64,000 bases of DNA from IMG/VR virus record IMGVR_UViG_3300045988_122718, positions 64,001 through 128,000 of that record; one strand, given 5' to 3'. Each line of letters starts with the position of its first letter. Positions within the stretch are counted from its first letter, which is position 1. Below are positions 39,067-46,363 of this stretch, piece by piece. The stretch comes from a virus. The notes under the pieces are model-generated. The model did not search any database and had not been told where the DNA came from. It saw only the letters and a list, made by a program, of their open reading frames with translations. A program made the position numbers and the translations under genes.

Positions 39067-39843
39067 TTATAGTTCATCGTCTTCTTCTGCAAGCTTCTTC
39101 TTAATAGCCTTAATTGCGGCTTGTACGTCTGGACGAGTAATATTTTCCTCCATCCAAATTACATAATCGTCACCAGAACGATATAGGTCGATTAACTTCT
39201 CGCCCTTATGCTTACCAAATGTCAGCACGTATTCCTCTGGCTTAGATTCTACTCTTGGAGCTTCAATGTTCTCGAAATCCATCATAATAGTTTTACGAGA
39301 TGCAAGGTAGTCTGCAAGATGTACTAGCTCTTGATATGTGTCTTCTGGTTTCGGCAAACATTCTCCGGTTTTTCTATCCACATTCCATTGGCCCATATGC
39401 GATTCAATACAATGAGCAATTAGTTCAATTTCATCGTGATTTAGATACTTGCCATCATAACTACGAATAACCGTTGCCATTTGTAGAGGGTGGTCGAATT
39501 TAGTATACTTACTTCTTTCATAATCTGATTGGGACCCACTCTTACGGCCATCATGAATCAGTCCTGCCACACGTAGCAAGTCTCTTTCTCTACTAGGAAT
39601 TATTTTGTTGTATTGTTCAAGTTCAAGAAAGAAATTTAGGAATCTTACAACTGCAATCTGATGACGCATCAATCCAAGTTCTCCAAGTGAATAGGCCGGA
39701 TGGTACTTTCCAGTAGACGATGCTCCAACATGCCAGATATATTCTGGAAGATTGTCTAGCAACACAATTGCAAAATCTTTAATATCATTATTTTCAAATG
39801 TATTTAGTACTGGTTCTACTATATTTAGTCTTTCAGGCGTCAT
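39067..39843 (-). CDS. HD-domain phosphohydrolase with C-terminal DUF3820/ExoX-C-like module
   Basis: H-x(n)-HDGRK motif. The C-terminus is VLTFGKHKGEKLIDLYRSGDDYVIWMEEN. Confidence 0.6.
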   Translation of the reverse strand: MTPERLNIVEPVLNTFENNDIKDFAIVLLDNLPEYIWHVGASSTGKYHPAYSLGELGLMRHQIAVVRFLNFFLELEQYNKIIPSRERDLLRVAGLIHDGRKSGSQSDYERSKYTKFDHPLQMATVIRSYDGKYLNHDEIELIAHCIESHMGQWNVDRKTGECLPKPEDTYQELVHLADYLASRKTIMMDFENIEAPRVESKPEEYVLTFGKHKGEKLIDLYRSGDDYVIWMEENITRPDVQAAIKAIKKKLAEEDDEL

Positions 39844-39844
39844 A

Positions 39845-40093
39845 TTAATCCTCCGTAGTGTAATACTCTAGTTCATCAAACATATTCGATAGGGTGATGA
39901 CCGCATCTCTGCTATGATTATGTACTGCATCAGTTGGATTCTCATCTTCATAGTTCTCTACAAACCACAGGATATTGCTTAGTACGGTCTTTGCAAAATC
40001 AACAACCTCTACTACATCGTCTGCCTGGACATTTATAATACCATTTTCTGAAATGTTATTACATACATTGAATAGGTCGTTAAAAGCCTTCAT
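39845..40093 (-). CDS. hypothetical acidic protein
   Basis: Packed ORF. Confidence 0.45.
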   Translation of the reverse strand: MKAFNDLFNVCNNISENGIINVQADDVVEVVDFAKTVLSNILWFVENYEDENPTDAVHNHSRDAVITLSNMFDELEYYTTED

Positions 40094-40257
40094 TCGTCAT
40101 CCTCCTTAATATCATCTACAAGCTTTTCAATCTTTCCACAACAGGCACATGCTTCCATATAAGGTGTAAACACAATTCTATCAATATTCTTCTTTGATAA
40201 TTTGTGTTTCTTTAGGAAACATTTCCGGCAATAAATTCCATAATCAGTCTCGTTCAT
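40090..40257 (-). CDS. small Zn-ribbon protein (55 aa)
   Basis: MNETDYGIYCRKCF...CACCGK. ATGA overlap with the next gene. Below the ORF-track cutoff. Confidence 0.4.
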   Translation of the reverse strand: MNETDYGIYCRKCFLKKHKLSKKNIDRIVFTPYMEACACCGKIEKLVDDIKEDDE

Positions 40258-40272
40258 TTCTTTAATCCTTTC

Positions 40273-40680
40273 TTAATCAAATGTCTCTTGAATATATCCA
40301 TTATCCGTTGTATAGTTAATCTTTTTAATGCCAAGGCTCTTGATAAGTTTTTGACATCCAGGACATGGTTTACTCAATGCTTTTGTGCCATTTTTCCACT
40401 CTCTATATATGTAAATCTGTACATCTTTCCAGTTGATGTCTTTGCGATTCATAAGTGGTAAAAGCGCAGACGTTTCTGCGTGAAGAAAATGATTCGTATC
40501 TCCGTCAAAACGTTCTTTATTGAGTTCTTTCTGAAGTGGGTGTGTTTTCATAATATTACAACCGCTTGATATAATACGGTGGCCACACACTATGACACAT
40601 CCTATATGATGCTTTTCAAAATCACTCAATTCAGAAACTGCTCTGGCTGCATTAAAATATGTTCTATCCTTTTTCGTCAT
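40273..40680 (-). CDS. dCMP deaminase
   Basis: HAETSAL (H-A-E) and PCPGCQKLI (PC-x-x-C) zinc motifs. Confidence 0.85.
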   Translation of the reverse strand: MTKKDRTYFNAARAVSELSDFEKHHIGCVIVCGHRIISSGCNIMKTHPLQKELNKERFDGDTNHFLHAETSALLPLMNRKDINWKDVQIYIYREWKNGTKALSKPCPGCQKLIKSLGIKKINYTTDNGYIQETFD

Positions 40681-40697
40681 AAATTAATTTTGTACTG

Positions 40698-41204
40698 TTA
40701 ATCCTTTTTAATAATTGCCCACACGTCATTATATGTAACACTTTTACTTAGTGCCTCATCGTGTGTCTTAACCAAAACATCAATATGATTGCCGTTTACG
40801 GCACCACCTCTATCTTGAGCCGTTCTATATCCAATTCCATCAATATAAACTTTTGTGCCATATGGGATTACACTTGGATCAACTGCAATTGTTGTTCCAA
40901 CATCTGTAGGTGCTCCAGATGCGGTTACTCCAGACCCTCCACAAATATGTTCCCTCCTTTCATCACAATAGTAAGTAATTTTATATGATCCGAGGTACAT
41001 AAATTCAACACCAGGAGATTTTAGGTCCTCAATTTCTTGCTTCAATCGAGAATTTTCATCATCCTTTACAGAAATCACCTCGTTCAATCCATCAATAGAA
41101 CTACTCATCATAGAGATTTCGTTATTTTTCAAATGGATTGTCATTACAAGCAAAACAATCACCGTAGCCAAAATAAGATAAGATATGTATTTCTTTCTAA
41201 TCAT
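40698..41204 (-). CDS. membrane-anchored 3D-domain protein (cell-wall-active, MltA/Sps-like)
   Basis: N-terminal TM, coiled coil, then the 3D domain GVTASGAPT...VDPSVIPYGTKVYIDG...DRGGAV.GNHIDV. Confidence 0.75.
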   Translation of the reverse strand: MIRKKYISYLILATVIVLLVMTIHLKNNEISMMSSSIDGLNEVISVKDDENSRLKQEIEDLKSPGVEFMYLGSYKITYYCDERREHICGGSGVTASGAPTDVGTTIAVDPSVIPYGTKVYIDGIGYRTAQDRGGAVNGNHIDVLVKTHDEALSKSVTYNDVWAIIKKD

Positions 41205-41223
41205 TCTTAATGTCCTTCCTAAA

Positions 41224-41267
41224 TTAATTTTGTACTGTAATTATAACAGATATTTTCTATTTGTCAA
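41224..41267 (-). promoter_or_regulatory. sigma-A promoter + leader box
   Basis: TTGACA (41262-41267, overlapping the TGA of the upstream gene), 16 nt spacer, TGTTATAAT (-10 at 41240-41245), then ACAGTACAAAATTAA (41224-41238). Confidence 0.65.
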
Positions 41268-42388
41268 GATGTTCTTAACCTTTCAATAAGTTTTTTTAGA
41301 ATTTTAGCAATATCAGAAATATCGTGCTGATTCAATGTTTCGTCCAATGTAATACGAATTGTGTTTAAAGCTTCTGTGTCTGTAAGTCCGATAGCTTTTA
41401 ATGTACTACTTGGCACAGCCTCCCCACTACTACAAGCAGAACCTGCAGAGATATAAATCCCATACATACTTGCTAGAGTCACAAGGTCACTAGCTTTTAC
41501 TCCATCAATACGAACAGAAATATTATTGCACAGACGATTAGTATCAAGTTCTGGACCATTTAGATGTACTCCAGGAATTTCAAGAATTTTCTTTGCAAGT
41601 TCATCCCTATTAAATCTAGTACAAATGTTTGTATAGTCGTGTAACGTTCCTCTATTAATCTCTAGCGCTTTACCCATAGCTGCTATTGCAGGAGTATTTT
41701 CAGTTCCTCCTCGTTTGTGTAATTCTTGACTTCCATAAATAATCGGTGATAAATCAATTGTATCTTTGCAGTATAAAAATCCTGCACCTCTTCCACCTCT
41801 AAATTTCTGTGCTGAAATACTCATCATATCTATTCTAAGCTTATCAACATCAATTCTTGATTCAGGGAAATATTGAACGGCATCCACATGTAATATACAA
41901 TTATATTTATGCGTAATATATGAAATAGATTTAATATCTTGGAGTGTTCCAATTTCAGAGTTTGCATACTGAATACTAACAATAGAATTATTATGTTCTT
42001 TTATTGTATCTTCTAAAATATTTGCATCAATATTTCCAAATTCATCTACTGGAATATAATGTACATTAGTAAATTTATGATGATTTAAAATTTCACTAAT
42101 AGATTTATGCTCTAATTGTGTCGTTATAATAGTGTCAAAATTTGTTCCACAAAGTGCTAAAGTGTTTGCCTCTACTCCCCCACTTGTGAAAATTATTTCT
42201 TTAGGTTCACAATTAATGTCTGCTGCAATTTGATCTCTTACATTTTCAATTATATTTTTAGCATCTTGCCCCATCTCATGAGTCGAAGATGGGTTGCCAT
42301 AATGATTATACATTACATCGGCAACCACATCTACAACTTCTTTGTATGGCTGAGTAGTAGATGCGCAATCTAAAAAGTATTTCTTCAT
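41264..42388 (-). CDS. cysteine desulfurase (class V aminotransferase, NifS/IscS-like)
   Basis: The PLP-lysine region SAQKFRGGRGAGFLY corresponds to S-x-HK..GPKG.G. The active-site loop is SAGSACSSG. Confidence 0.8.
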   Translation of the reverse strand: MKKYFLDCASTTQPYKEVVDVVADVMYNHYGNPSSTHEMGQDAKNIIENVRDQIAADINCEPKEIIFTSGGVEANTLALCGTNFDTIITTQLEHKSISEILNHHKFTNVHYIPVDEFGNIDANILEDTIKEHNNSIVSIQYANSEIGTLQDIKSISYITHKYNCILHVDAVQYFPESRIDVDKLRIDMMSISAQKFRGGRGAGFLYCKDTIDLSPIIYGSQELHKRGGTENTPAIAAMGKALEINRGTLHDYTNICTRFNRDELAKKILEIPGVHLNGPELDTNRLCNNISVRIDGVKASDLVTLASMYGIYISAGSACSSGEAVPSSTLKAIGLTDTEALNTIRITLDETLNQHDISDIAKILKKLIERLRTS

Positions 42389-42391
42389 TGT

Positions 42392-42820
42392 CTACTCCTC
42401 AAATTCAATTTTCTCCTGGTGCCCATTACGAACCTCTGTGTACAGATACTTACTAGCAGCATAATCATTGTGAAAGTGCGCCCACTTATAAGCATCAAAC
42501 ATTGAATCGAAATCTACATCGTATCCGTAATAAATTGTATAGAAAGATGTGTCGTCTCTATATCTTCCAATCATTACAAGTACATTATCCTCGTTCTGCA
42601 AAACGTTTCCAAGATACTTATGTGGGATTTCATAGATATTGTTAAGAACATCCTCCACAATATCATAATCTACTGTAGTAACATTCTTTGTGATAAGAAC
42701 TGTATTATTGTTACATTTGCAAACTGCGTGGTAATACTTTAACCCCTTTATCTTATTCTCTGTGAACTCAGCAGATACTACCTCAAGCATTGCCCCTGAA
42801 ACATCATATAATGTGCTCAT
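42392..42820 (-). CDS. hypothetical protein
   Basis: ORF behind promoter + leader + GAGGAGG RBS (ATG at 42820). Confidence 0.5.
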   Translation of the reverse strand: MSTLYDVSGAMLEVVSAEFTENKIKGLKYYHAVCKCNNNTVLITKNVTTVDYDIVEDVLNNIYEIPHKYLGNVLQNEDNVLVMIGRYRDDTSFYTIYYGYDVDFDSMFDAYKWAHFHNDYAASKYLYTEVRNGHQEKIEFEE

Positions 42821-42835
42821 GTCTAACCTCCTCAA

Positions 42836-42879
42836 TTAATTTTGTATTATAATTATAACGCAAATTTCTCATTTGTCAA
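42836..42879 (-). promoter_or_regulatory. sigma-A promoter + leader-box variant
   Basis: TTGACA (42874-42879), 16 nt spacer, TATAAT (42852-42857), then ATAATACAAAATTAA (42836-42850). Confidence 0.6.
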
Positions 42880-42887
42880 GTGCATTT

Positions 42888-42926
42888 TAGAAAAATAGCC
42901 ACCTTTTTACAGGCGGCTTATTTTTT
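42888..42926. terminator. hairpin terminator after glyA (T-runs on both sides)
   Basis: AGCCACC-TTTTTACA-GGCGGCT, flanked by GAAAAAT (a T-run in - sense) and TATTTTTT. Confidence 0.6.
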
Positions 42927-44163
42927 ACATATAAATTGGATGTAGTTCGCATAGTTGACGAGCTATATCGGAGATATATTTCTTATTGCCATCGAAGTCT
43001 TTGATGGCCAACGAAATAAGTCCCGCCACATTTCTTGCGTCAAACTTATCAAAGCCACGTGTAGTAATTGCGGGAGTCCCAATACGAAGACCACTAGTTA
43101 CAAATGTGGATAGAGGGTCGTTAGGAATTGAATTTTTATTCGTTGTAATGTTTACACTATCGAGCTTCTCCTGTAATTCTTTGCCAGTAATTCCTGTGTC
43201 TCTAAGGTCTAGAATCATTAGATGATTATCTGTTCCCCCAGAAATAAGCTTAATGCCATTTGTGTTAAATACACTTGCCATAGCCTTTGCATTATTAATA
43301 ACATTATTCTGATATTCTGCAAATTCTGTCTTCAACGCTTCTCCAAAACATACTGCCTTTGCTGCAATTATATGTTCTAGAGGACCTCCCTGAGTACCAG
43401 GAAATACCGCCGAATCAATCTTCTTTGCAAGTTTACTCTTGCACAAAATAACTGCACCACGAGGGCCTCTCATGGATTTATGAGTCGTAAATGTGCAAAC
43501 ATCAGCATAAGGGACAGGACTTGGATGTACGCCTCCTGCTACAAGGCCAGCAATATGTGCCATGTCTACAAAGAGATAAGCACCGACTTCATCTGCAATT
43601 TCACGGAACTTTGTAAAATCAATGATACGCGGATATGCAGAAGCTCCTGCCAAAATCATCTTAGGCTTGTTCTTTAGTGCAAGGTCTCTCACATTGTCAT
43701 AGTCAATAAAGCCATCTTCTCCTACGCCATAATGAACGACATTAAAATATTTTCCAGAGATATTGAACGATGCTCCGTGACTGAGATGTCCACCGGCAGA
43801 AAGATCCATGGACAGAACGGTATCACCAGGAGATAATAGTGCATAAAATACTGCCAAATTTGCGCTTGCTCCTGAATGCGGCTGCACGTTTGCATGTTCT
43901 GCTCCAAATAGCTTTTTACAACGTTCAATTGCAAGAAGTTCTACTTCATCAATATACTGACATCCACCATAGTATCTCGCATGAGGCTTTCCTTCTGCGT
44001 ATTTATTAGTTAGAACAGATGACATTGCGTCAAGAACTGCTGGAGATACAATGTTTTCTGATGCAATAAGTTCAATTGTACCACGTTGCCTGTTAAGTTC
44101 TTTCAAACAAATATCGTATACTTCTACATCTTGCTTTTTTAGATTGTCTAGCATTATATTCAC
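42925..44163 (-). CDS. glyA: serine hydroxymethyltransferase
   Basis: The PLP site is [12 protein letters not shown], and SHMT-like sequence runs throughout ([10 protein letters not shown]..., GGHLSHG). Confidence 0.9.
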   Translation of the reverse strand: MNIMLDNLKKQDVEVYDICLKELNRQRGTIELIASENIVSPAVLDAMSSVLTNKYAEGKPHARYYGGCQYIDEVELLAIERCKKLFGAEHANVQPHSGASANLAVFYALLSPGDTVLSMDLSAGGHLSHGASFNISGKYFNVVHYGVGEDGFIDYDNVRDLALKNKPKMILAGASAYPRIIDFTKFREIADEVGAYLFVDMAHIAGLVAGGVHPSPVPYADVCTFTTHKSMRGPRGAVILCKSKLAKKIDSAVFPGTQGGPLEHIIAAKAVCFGEALKTEFAEYQNNVINNAKAMASVFNTNGIKLISGGTDNHLMILDLRDTGITGKELQEKLDSVNITTNKNSIPNDPLSTFVTSGLRIGTPAITTRGFDKFDARNVAGLISLAIKDFDGNKKYISDIARQLCELHPIYM

Positions 44164-44172
44164 TCCTTACTT

Positions 44173-44199
44173 AAAAATAGGGGAGACTTTCGTCTCCCC
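44173..44199 (-). terminator. rho-independent terminator between the tRNA island and the glyA RBS
   Basis: In - sense: GGGGAGAC-GAAA-GTCTCCCC followed by TATTTTT, then AAGGAG and the glyA ATG. Confidence 0.7.
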
Positions 44200-44202
44200 T
44201 TA

Positions 44203-44278
44203 TGGAGCACGTGACGAGGCTCGAACTCGCAACAGCCAGATTGGAAATCTGGAACTCTACCAATTGAGCTACACGTGC
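44203..44278 (-). tRNA. tRNA-Gly(UCC)
   Basis: Cloverleaf GCACGTG..CCAGA-TTTCCAA-TCTGG..GCGAG-TTCGAGC-CTCGT-CACGTGC-T-CCA. The CCA is encoded. Confidence 0.9.
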
Positions 44279-44284
44279 ATATAA

Positions 44285-44356
44285 TATTCCACACAGGAGT
44301 CGAACCTGTCTCTCTACGTTCGCGGCGTAGTGTTCTATCCGATGAACTAGTGGAAT
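44285..44356 (-). tRNA. tRNA-Arg(GCG)-like with C33
   Basis: ATTCCAC..CTACG-CCGCGAA-CGTAG..ACAGG-TTCGACT-CCTGT-GTGGAAT. The anticodon loop has C at position 33. No CCA is encoded. Confidence 0.6.
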
Positions 44357-44364
44357 TTGACTTA

Positions 44365-45120
44365 CTATATATCAAATTCTTTGTGTCTACCACAATCTCT
44401 TGATAACCACGTTATATTTCTTTTACCATTACCTTTGTTTGCTCCTCTATATGTAGGAGTTAATGAATGACAATTAGGGCATAACAATGTTAAATTTTCT
44501 TCTTTATTATTTGTTGCATCTCCATCAATATGTTCTATTTCAAGTGGCAAAGTTCCAGTATATGGATTAATTTCACTCCACCCACATTTTGCACATTTAT
44601 TTTCGTATTTATCAAAAATATATTTTTTAATAGACGAAGATAGGTCTATCCATTTATCACCTGTTAATCCATCCCATTCTCCATCTTTCCATTGTTTTAT
44701 TTTTTGTTTATATCTATATTCATTAAAACATTTTGCAGAACAATATTTATTTTTCTTAGGTATTTCTTTATTACAATTAATACAATAATGATGTCCTACT
44801 TTCTTTTTTCTATGTTGGTTGCTATATGTCACAGAGCATGAACGGGAACAAAACTCAATTCTTTTAAAATCACTATTTTTTTGATTATATTTTTGCGAGA
44901 TTTCTTTCCCACAATTTTTACAAAACTTAATATCTAATTCTTCTTTAATGTGCGGACATTTTTCAATCATACAATATTTTATTGTAGATAATTGCTTTTC
45001 AAATGTTTTATGACACCCATCACATTCTACAATATATATAGTATGATTGTCTTTTGTTCTTTTGTCAGATATCCCTATTATTGTATAACATCCATATTTT
45101 TCTCCTATGTGTTTATCCAT
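44365..45120 (-). CDS. HNH endonuclease (multi-Zn-ribbon N-terminus)
   Basis: The C-terminus LEIEHIDGDATNNKEENLTLLCPNCHS is an HNH core. It is embedded in the tRNA array. Confidence 0.8.
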   Translation of the reverse strand: MDKHIGEKYGCYTIIGISDKRTKDNHTIYIVECDGCHKTFEKQLSTIKYCMIEKCPHIKEELDIKFCKNCGKEISQKYNQKNSDFKRIEFCSRSCSVTYSNQHRKKKVGHHYCINCNKEIPKKNKYCSAKCFNEYRYKQKIKQWKDGEWDGLTGDKWIDLSSSIKKYIFDKYENKCAKCGWSEINPYTGTLPLEIEHIDGDATNNKEENLTLLCPNCHSLTPTYRGANKGNGKRNITWLSRDCGRHKEFDI

Positions 45121-45152
45121 TATGTATCACCACGATGTCTATTATTTTAAGA

Positions 45153-45284
45153 TGGTGGGCCTGGAGGAACTCGAATCCTCGACCAATAGCTTAATGGTGG
45201 GAATGGCAGGTGCTGCCCCTACTTGCAAAAGCTTTTCTGAATACACCCCCAAGGCTACTGCTCTACCTACTGAGCTACAGACCC
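45153..45284 (-). tRNA. tRNA-Lys(UUU) interrupted by a 56-nt tRNA-like minihelix
   Basis: GGGTCTG-TA-GCTC..GAGC-A-GTAGC-CTT[56 nt]TTAA-GCTAT-TGGTC-GAGGA-TTCGAGT-TCCTC-CAGGCCC-A-CCA. The length is 76 nt after removal, and the body resembles bacterial tRNA-Lys. Confidence 0.8.
45195..45250 (-). ncRNA. nested tRNA-like minihelix (intron candidate) in tRNA-Lys
   Basis: GGGGGTG-(21 nt)-GTAGG-GGCAGCA-CCTGC-CATTCCC-A-CCA: a 7-bp acceptor-like helix (2 G-U), a 5-bp stem, a 7-nt GGCAGNA loop, a discriminator and CCA. Confidence 0.7.
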
Positions 45285-45287
45285 ATA

Positions 45288-45363
45288 TGGTCTGAGTGGT
45301 GAGTCCCGCCCTCACGGCCTCGTGGTCCCAGGCCACGCGCTCTGCTAACTGAGCTACACCCAG
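45288..45363 (-). tRNA. free-standing tRNA-like gene: Pro(UGG)-type anticodon loop with C33 and non-canonical T-loop GGCGGGA
   Basis: CTGGGTG-TA-GCTC-AGTTAGCA-GAGC-G-CGTGG-CCTGGGA-CCACG-AGGCC-GTGAG-GGCGGGA-CTCAC-CACTCAG-A-CCA. The D-loop lacks GG. Confidence 0.6.
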
Positions 45364-45368
45364 AAATA

Positions 45369-45445
45369 TGGCACCCCGTGTTGGACTCAAACCAACGACA
45401 CATGGCTTAGAAGGCCATTGCTCTGTTCAACTGAGCTAACGGGGC
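45369..45445 (-). tRNA. tRNA-Arg(UCU)
   Basis: GCCCCGT..ATGGC-CTTCTAA-GCCAT..GTTGG-TTTGAGT-CCAAC-ACGGGGT-G-CCA. Confidence 0.85.
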
Positions 45446-45450
45446 ATATA

Positions 45451-45539
45451 TGGCGCGGCGCTGAGGTGTCGATCCCCATTCCTTTCACAGAACCACTAGT
45501 TTTCAAGACTAGGTTGCAAGCCGTTGCAATTAACGCCGC
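45451..45539 (-). tRNA. tRNA-Ser(UGA), class II
   Basis: GCGGCGT..CTAGT-CTTGAAA-ACTAG, a long variable arm, TGGGG-ATCGACA-CCTCA-GCGCCGC-G-CCA. Confidence 0.8.
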
Positions 45540-45649
45540 ATATTTTTGTAATCTCAAACTCCTCCACACAGATTACTGGGCACCCCTTACCTCGAATGCT
45601 AGTTAGTAGCAACAAACGTTTGTGCCGTTTCCACAAATAAAGATACACT

Positions 45650-45844
45650 TTACTGCGTATTAACCTCTGTATATTCAGTACTAGATAAGGTAATCATTCT
45701 TTCGCATCCGTCCTGTGGACAAAAAATATTTGCAACCCCAAGATTATTTATTCCGTCAGACGGATTAAATGCAAATTCACAACCACAATAAGGGCAGATT
45801 GCCTTATAGGTCTTAACTTTGCCTCCCTTGATAATATACTTCAT
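45650..45844 (-). CDS. small Zn-ribbon protein
   Basis: CPYCGC...CPQDGC. ORF with RBS inside the tRNA island. Confidence 0.5.
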   Translation of the reverse strand: MKYIIKGGKVKTYKAICPYCGCEFAFNPSDGINNLGVANIFCPQDGCERMITLSSTEYTEVNTQ

Positions 45845-45855
45845 AGTAACACCTC

Positions 45856-45975
45856 TTAATTAAACTTGCTTAACTGCCGCTTAACCTTACGGATAAGACC
45901 TTCGTTCATAGTCTCGCCTCGTGCCAGAAGCTTTGCTAAACGATTTTCATAATGTTCCTTAGTGCGAAAATTCAT
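45856..45975 (-). CDS. small basic ORF (39 aa)
   Basis: MNFRTKEHYENRLAKLLARGE... with an AGGAGG RBS. Below the ORF-track cutoff. Confidence 0.35.
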   Translation of the reverse strand: MNFRTKEHYENRLAKLLARGETMNEGLIRKVKRQLSKFN

Positions 45976-46001
45976 AATATGTACCTCCTAAAATTTTTGT
46001 A

Positions 46002-46124
46002 TGGCAGGGGTAGCAGGGTTCGAACCTACGATGCGGGAGTCTGGTCAAGGTAGTTGGTACTGCCCCAACTAAATTCACTTGAATACCTTGAAAGTCCCGT
46101 GCCTTACCACTTGGCTATACCCCT
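46002..46124 (-). tRNA. tRNA-Gln(UUG) interrupted by a 49-nt tRNA-like minihelix
   Basis: AGGGGTA-TA-GCC-AAGTGGTAA-GGC-A-CGGGA-CTTT[49 nt]GAC-TCCCG-CATC-GTAGG-TTCGAAC-CCTGC-TACCCCT-G-CCA. The body resembles bacterial tRNA-Gln (GCCAAG.GGUAAGGCA, weak 1-72 pair, G73). Confidence 0.8.
46042..46090 (-). ncRNA. nested tRNA-like minihelix (intron candidate) in tRNA-Gln
   Basis: CAAGGTA-TTCAAGTGAATTTA-GTTGG-GGCAGTA-CCAAC-TACCTTG-A-CCA. Confidence 0.7.
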
Positions 46125-46127
46125 ATA

Positions 46128-46202
46128 TGGTGGATCTGACGTGACTCGAACACGCAACCTCTTCCTTGCAAGGGAAGCTTTCTCCCATTGAAATACAGAC
46201 CC
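46128..46202 (-). tRNA. tRNA-Ala(UGC)
   Basis: GGGTCTG..CTTCC-CTTGCAA-GGAAG..GCGTG-TTCGAGT-CACGT-CAGATCC-A-CCA. G3:U70 is present. Confidence 0.9.
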
Positions 46203-46363
46203 TTATTTTGTGAGGTAACTACACTATGTATACCTAATGTAGCTACTGGCTTTCAAACTCCCCACCTCAAACCATTTTTATCTGTCTCTCCTCTTGGCCA
46301 ACCAGATTTGAGTGATTTGAACGGCGCGCCGTCCTCACATTGATAAAATAGTAAAATCAACAA
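46203..46363 (-). ncRNA. unassigned structured RNA candidate (~135 nt closed by TGTGAGG/CCTCACA)
   Basis: In - sense there is a 7-bp closing helix and the palindrome ACGGCGCGCCGT. Nested helices are TTCAAAT/GTTTGAA and CTCAAAT/GTTTGAG. A 9-bp hairpin is GTAGCTACA/TGTAGTTAC. There is no ORF. It does not fit a tRNA. Confidence 0.35.

Noticed and set aside
45541-45649. Possible additional tRNA or terminator between tRNA-Ser(UGA) and ORF 45650-45844
   Set aside because: Only a loop-less DNA palindrome (ACAAACGTTTGT) is present, with no cloverleaf. It could be an operator, but a single copy gives too little to call.
45153-46124. First reading of the insert-bearing tRNAs as tRNA-Pro(UGG) and tRNA-Glu(UUC) with canonical 37/38 (archaeal/eukaryal-type) introns
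   Set aside because: That reading makes the class II molecule at 48551-48683 a Pro tRNA, which is impossible. It duplicates Glu/Pro genes and gives no common boundary rule. Removing the acceptor-to-CCA unit gives 7-nt loops in 4 of 4 cases, with identities that match the tRNA bodies.
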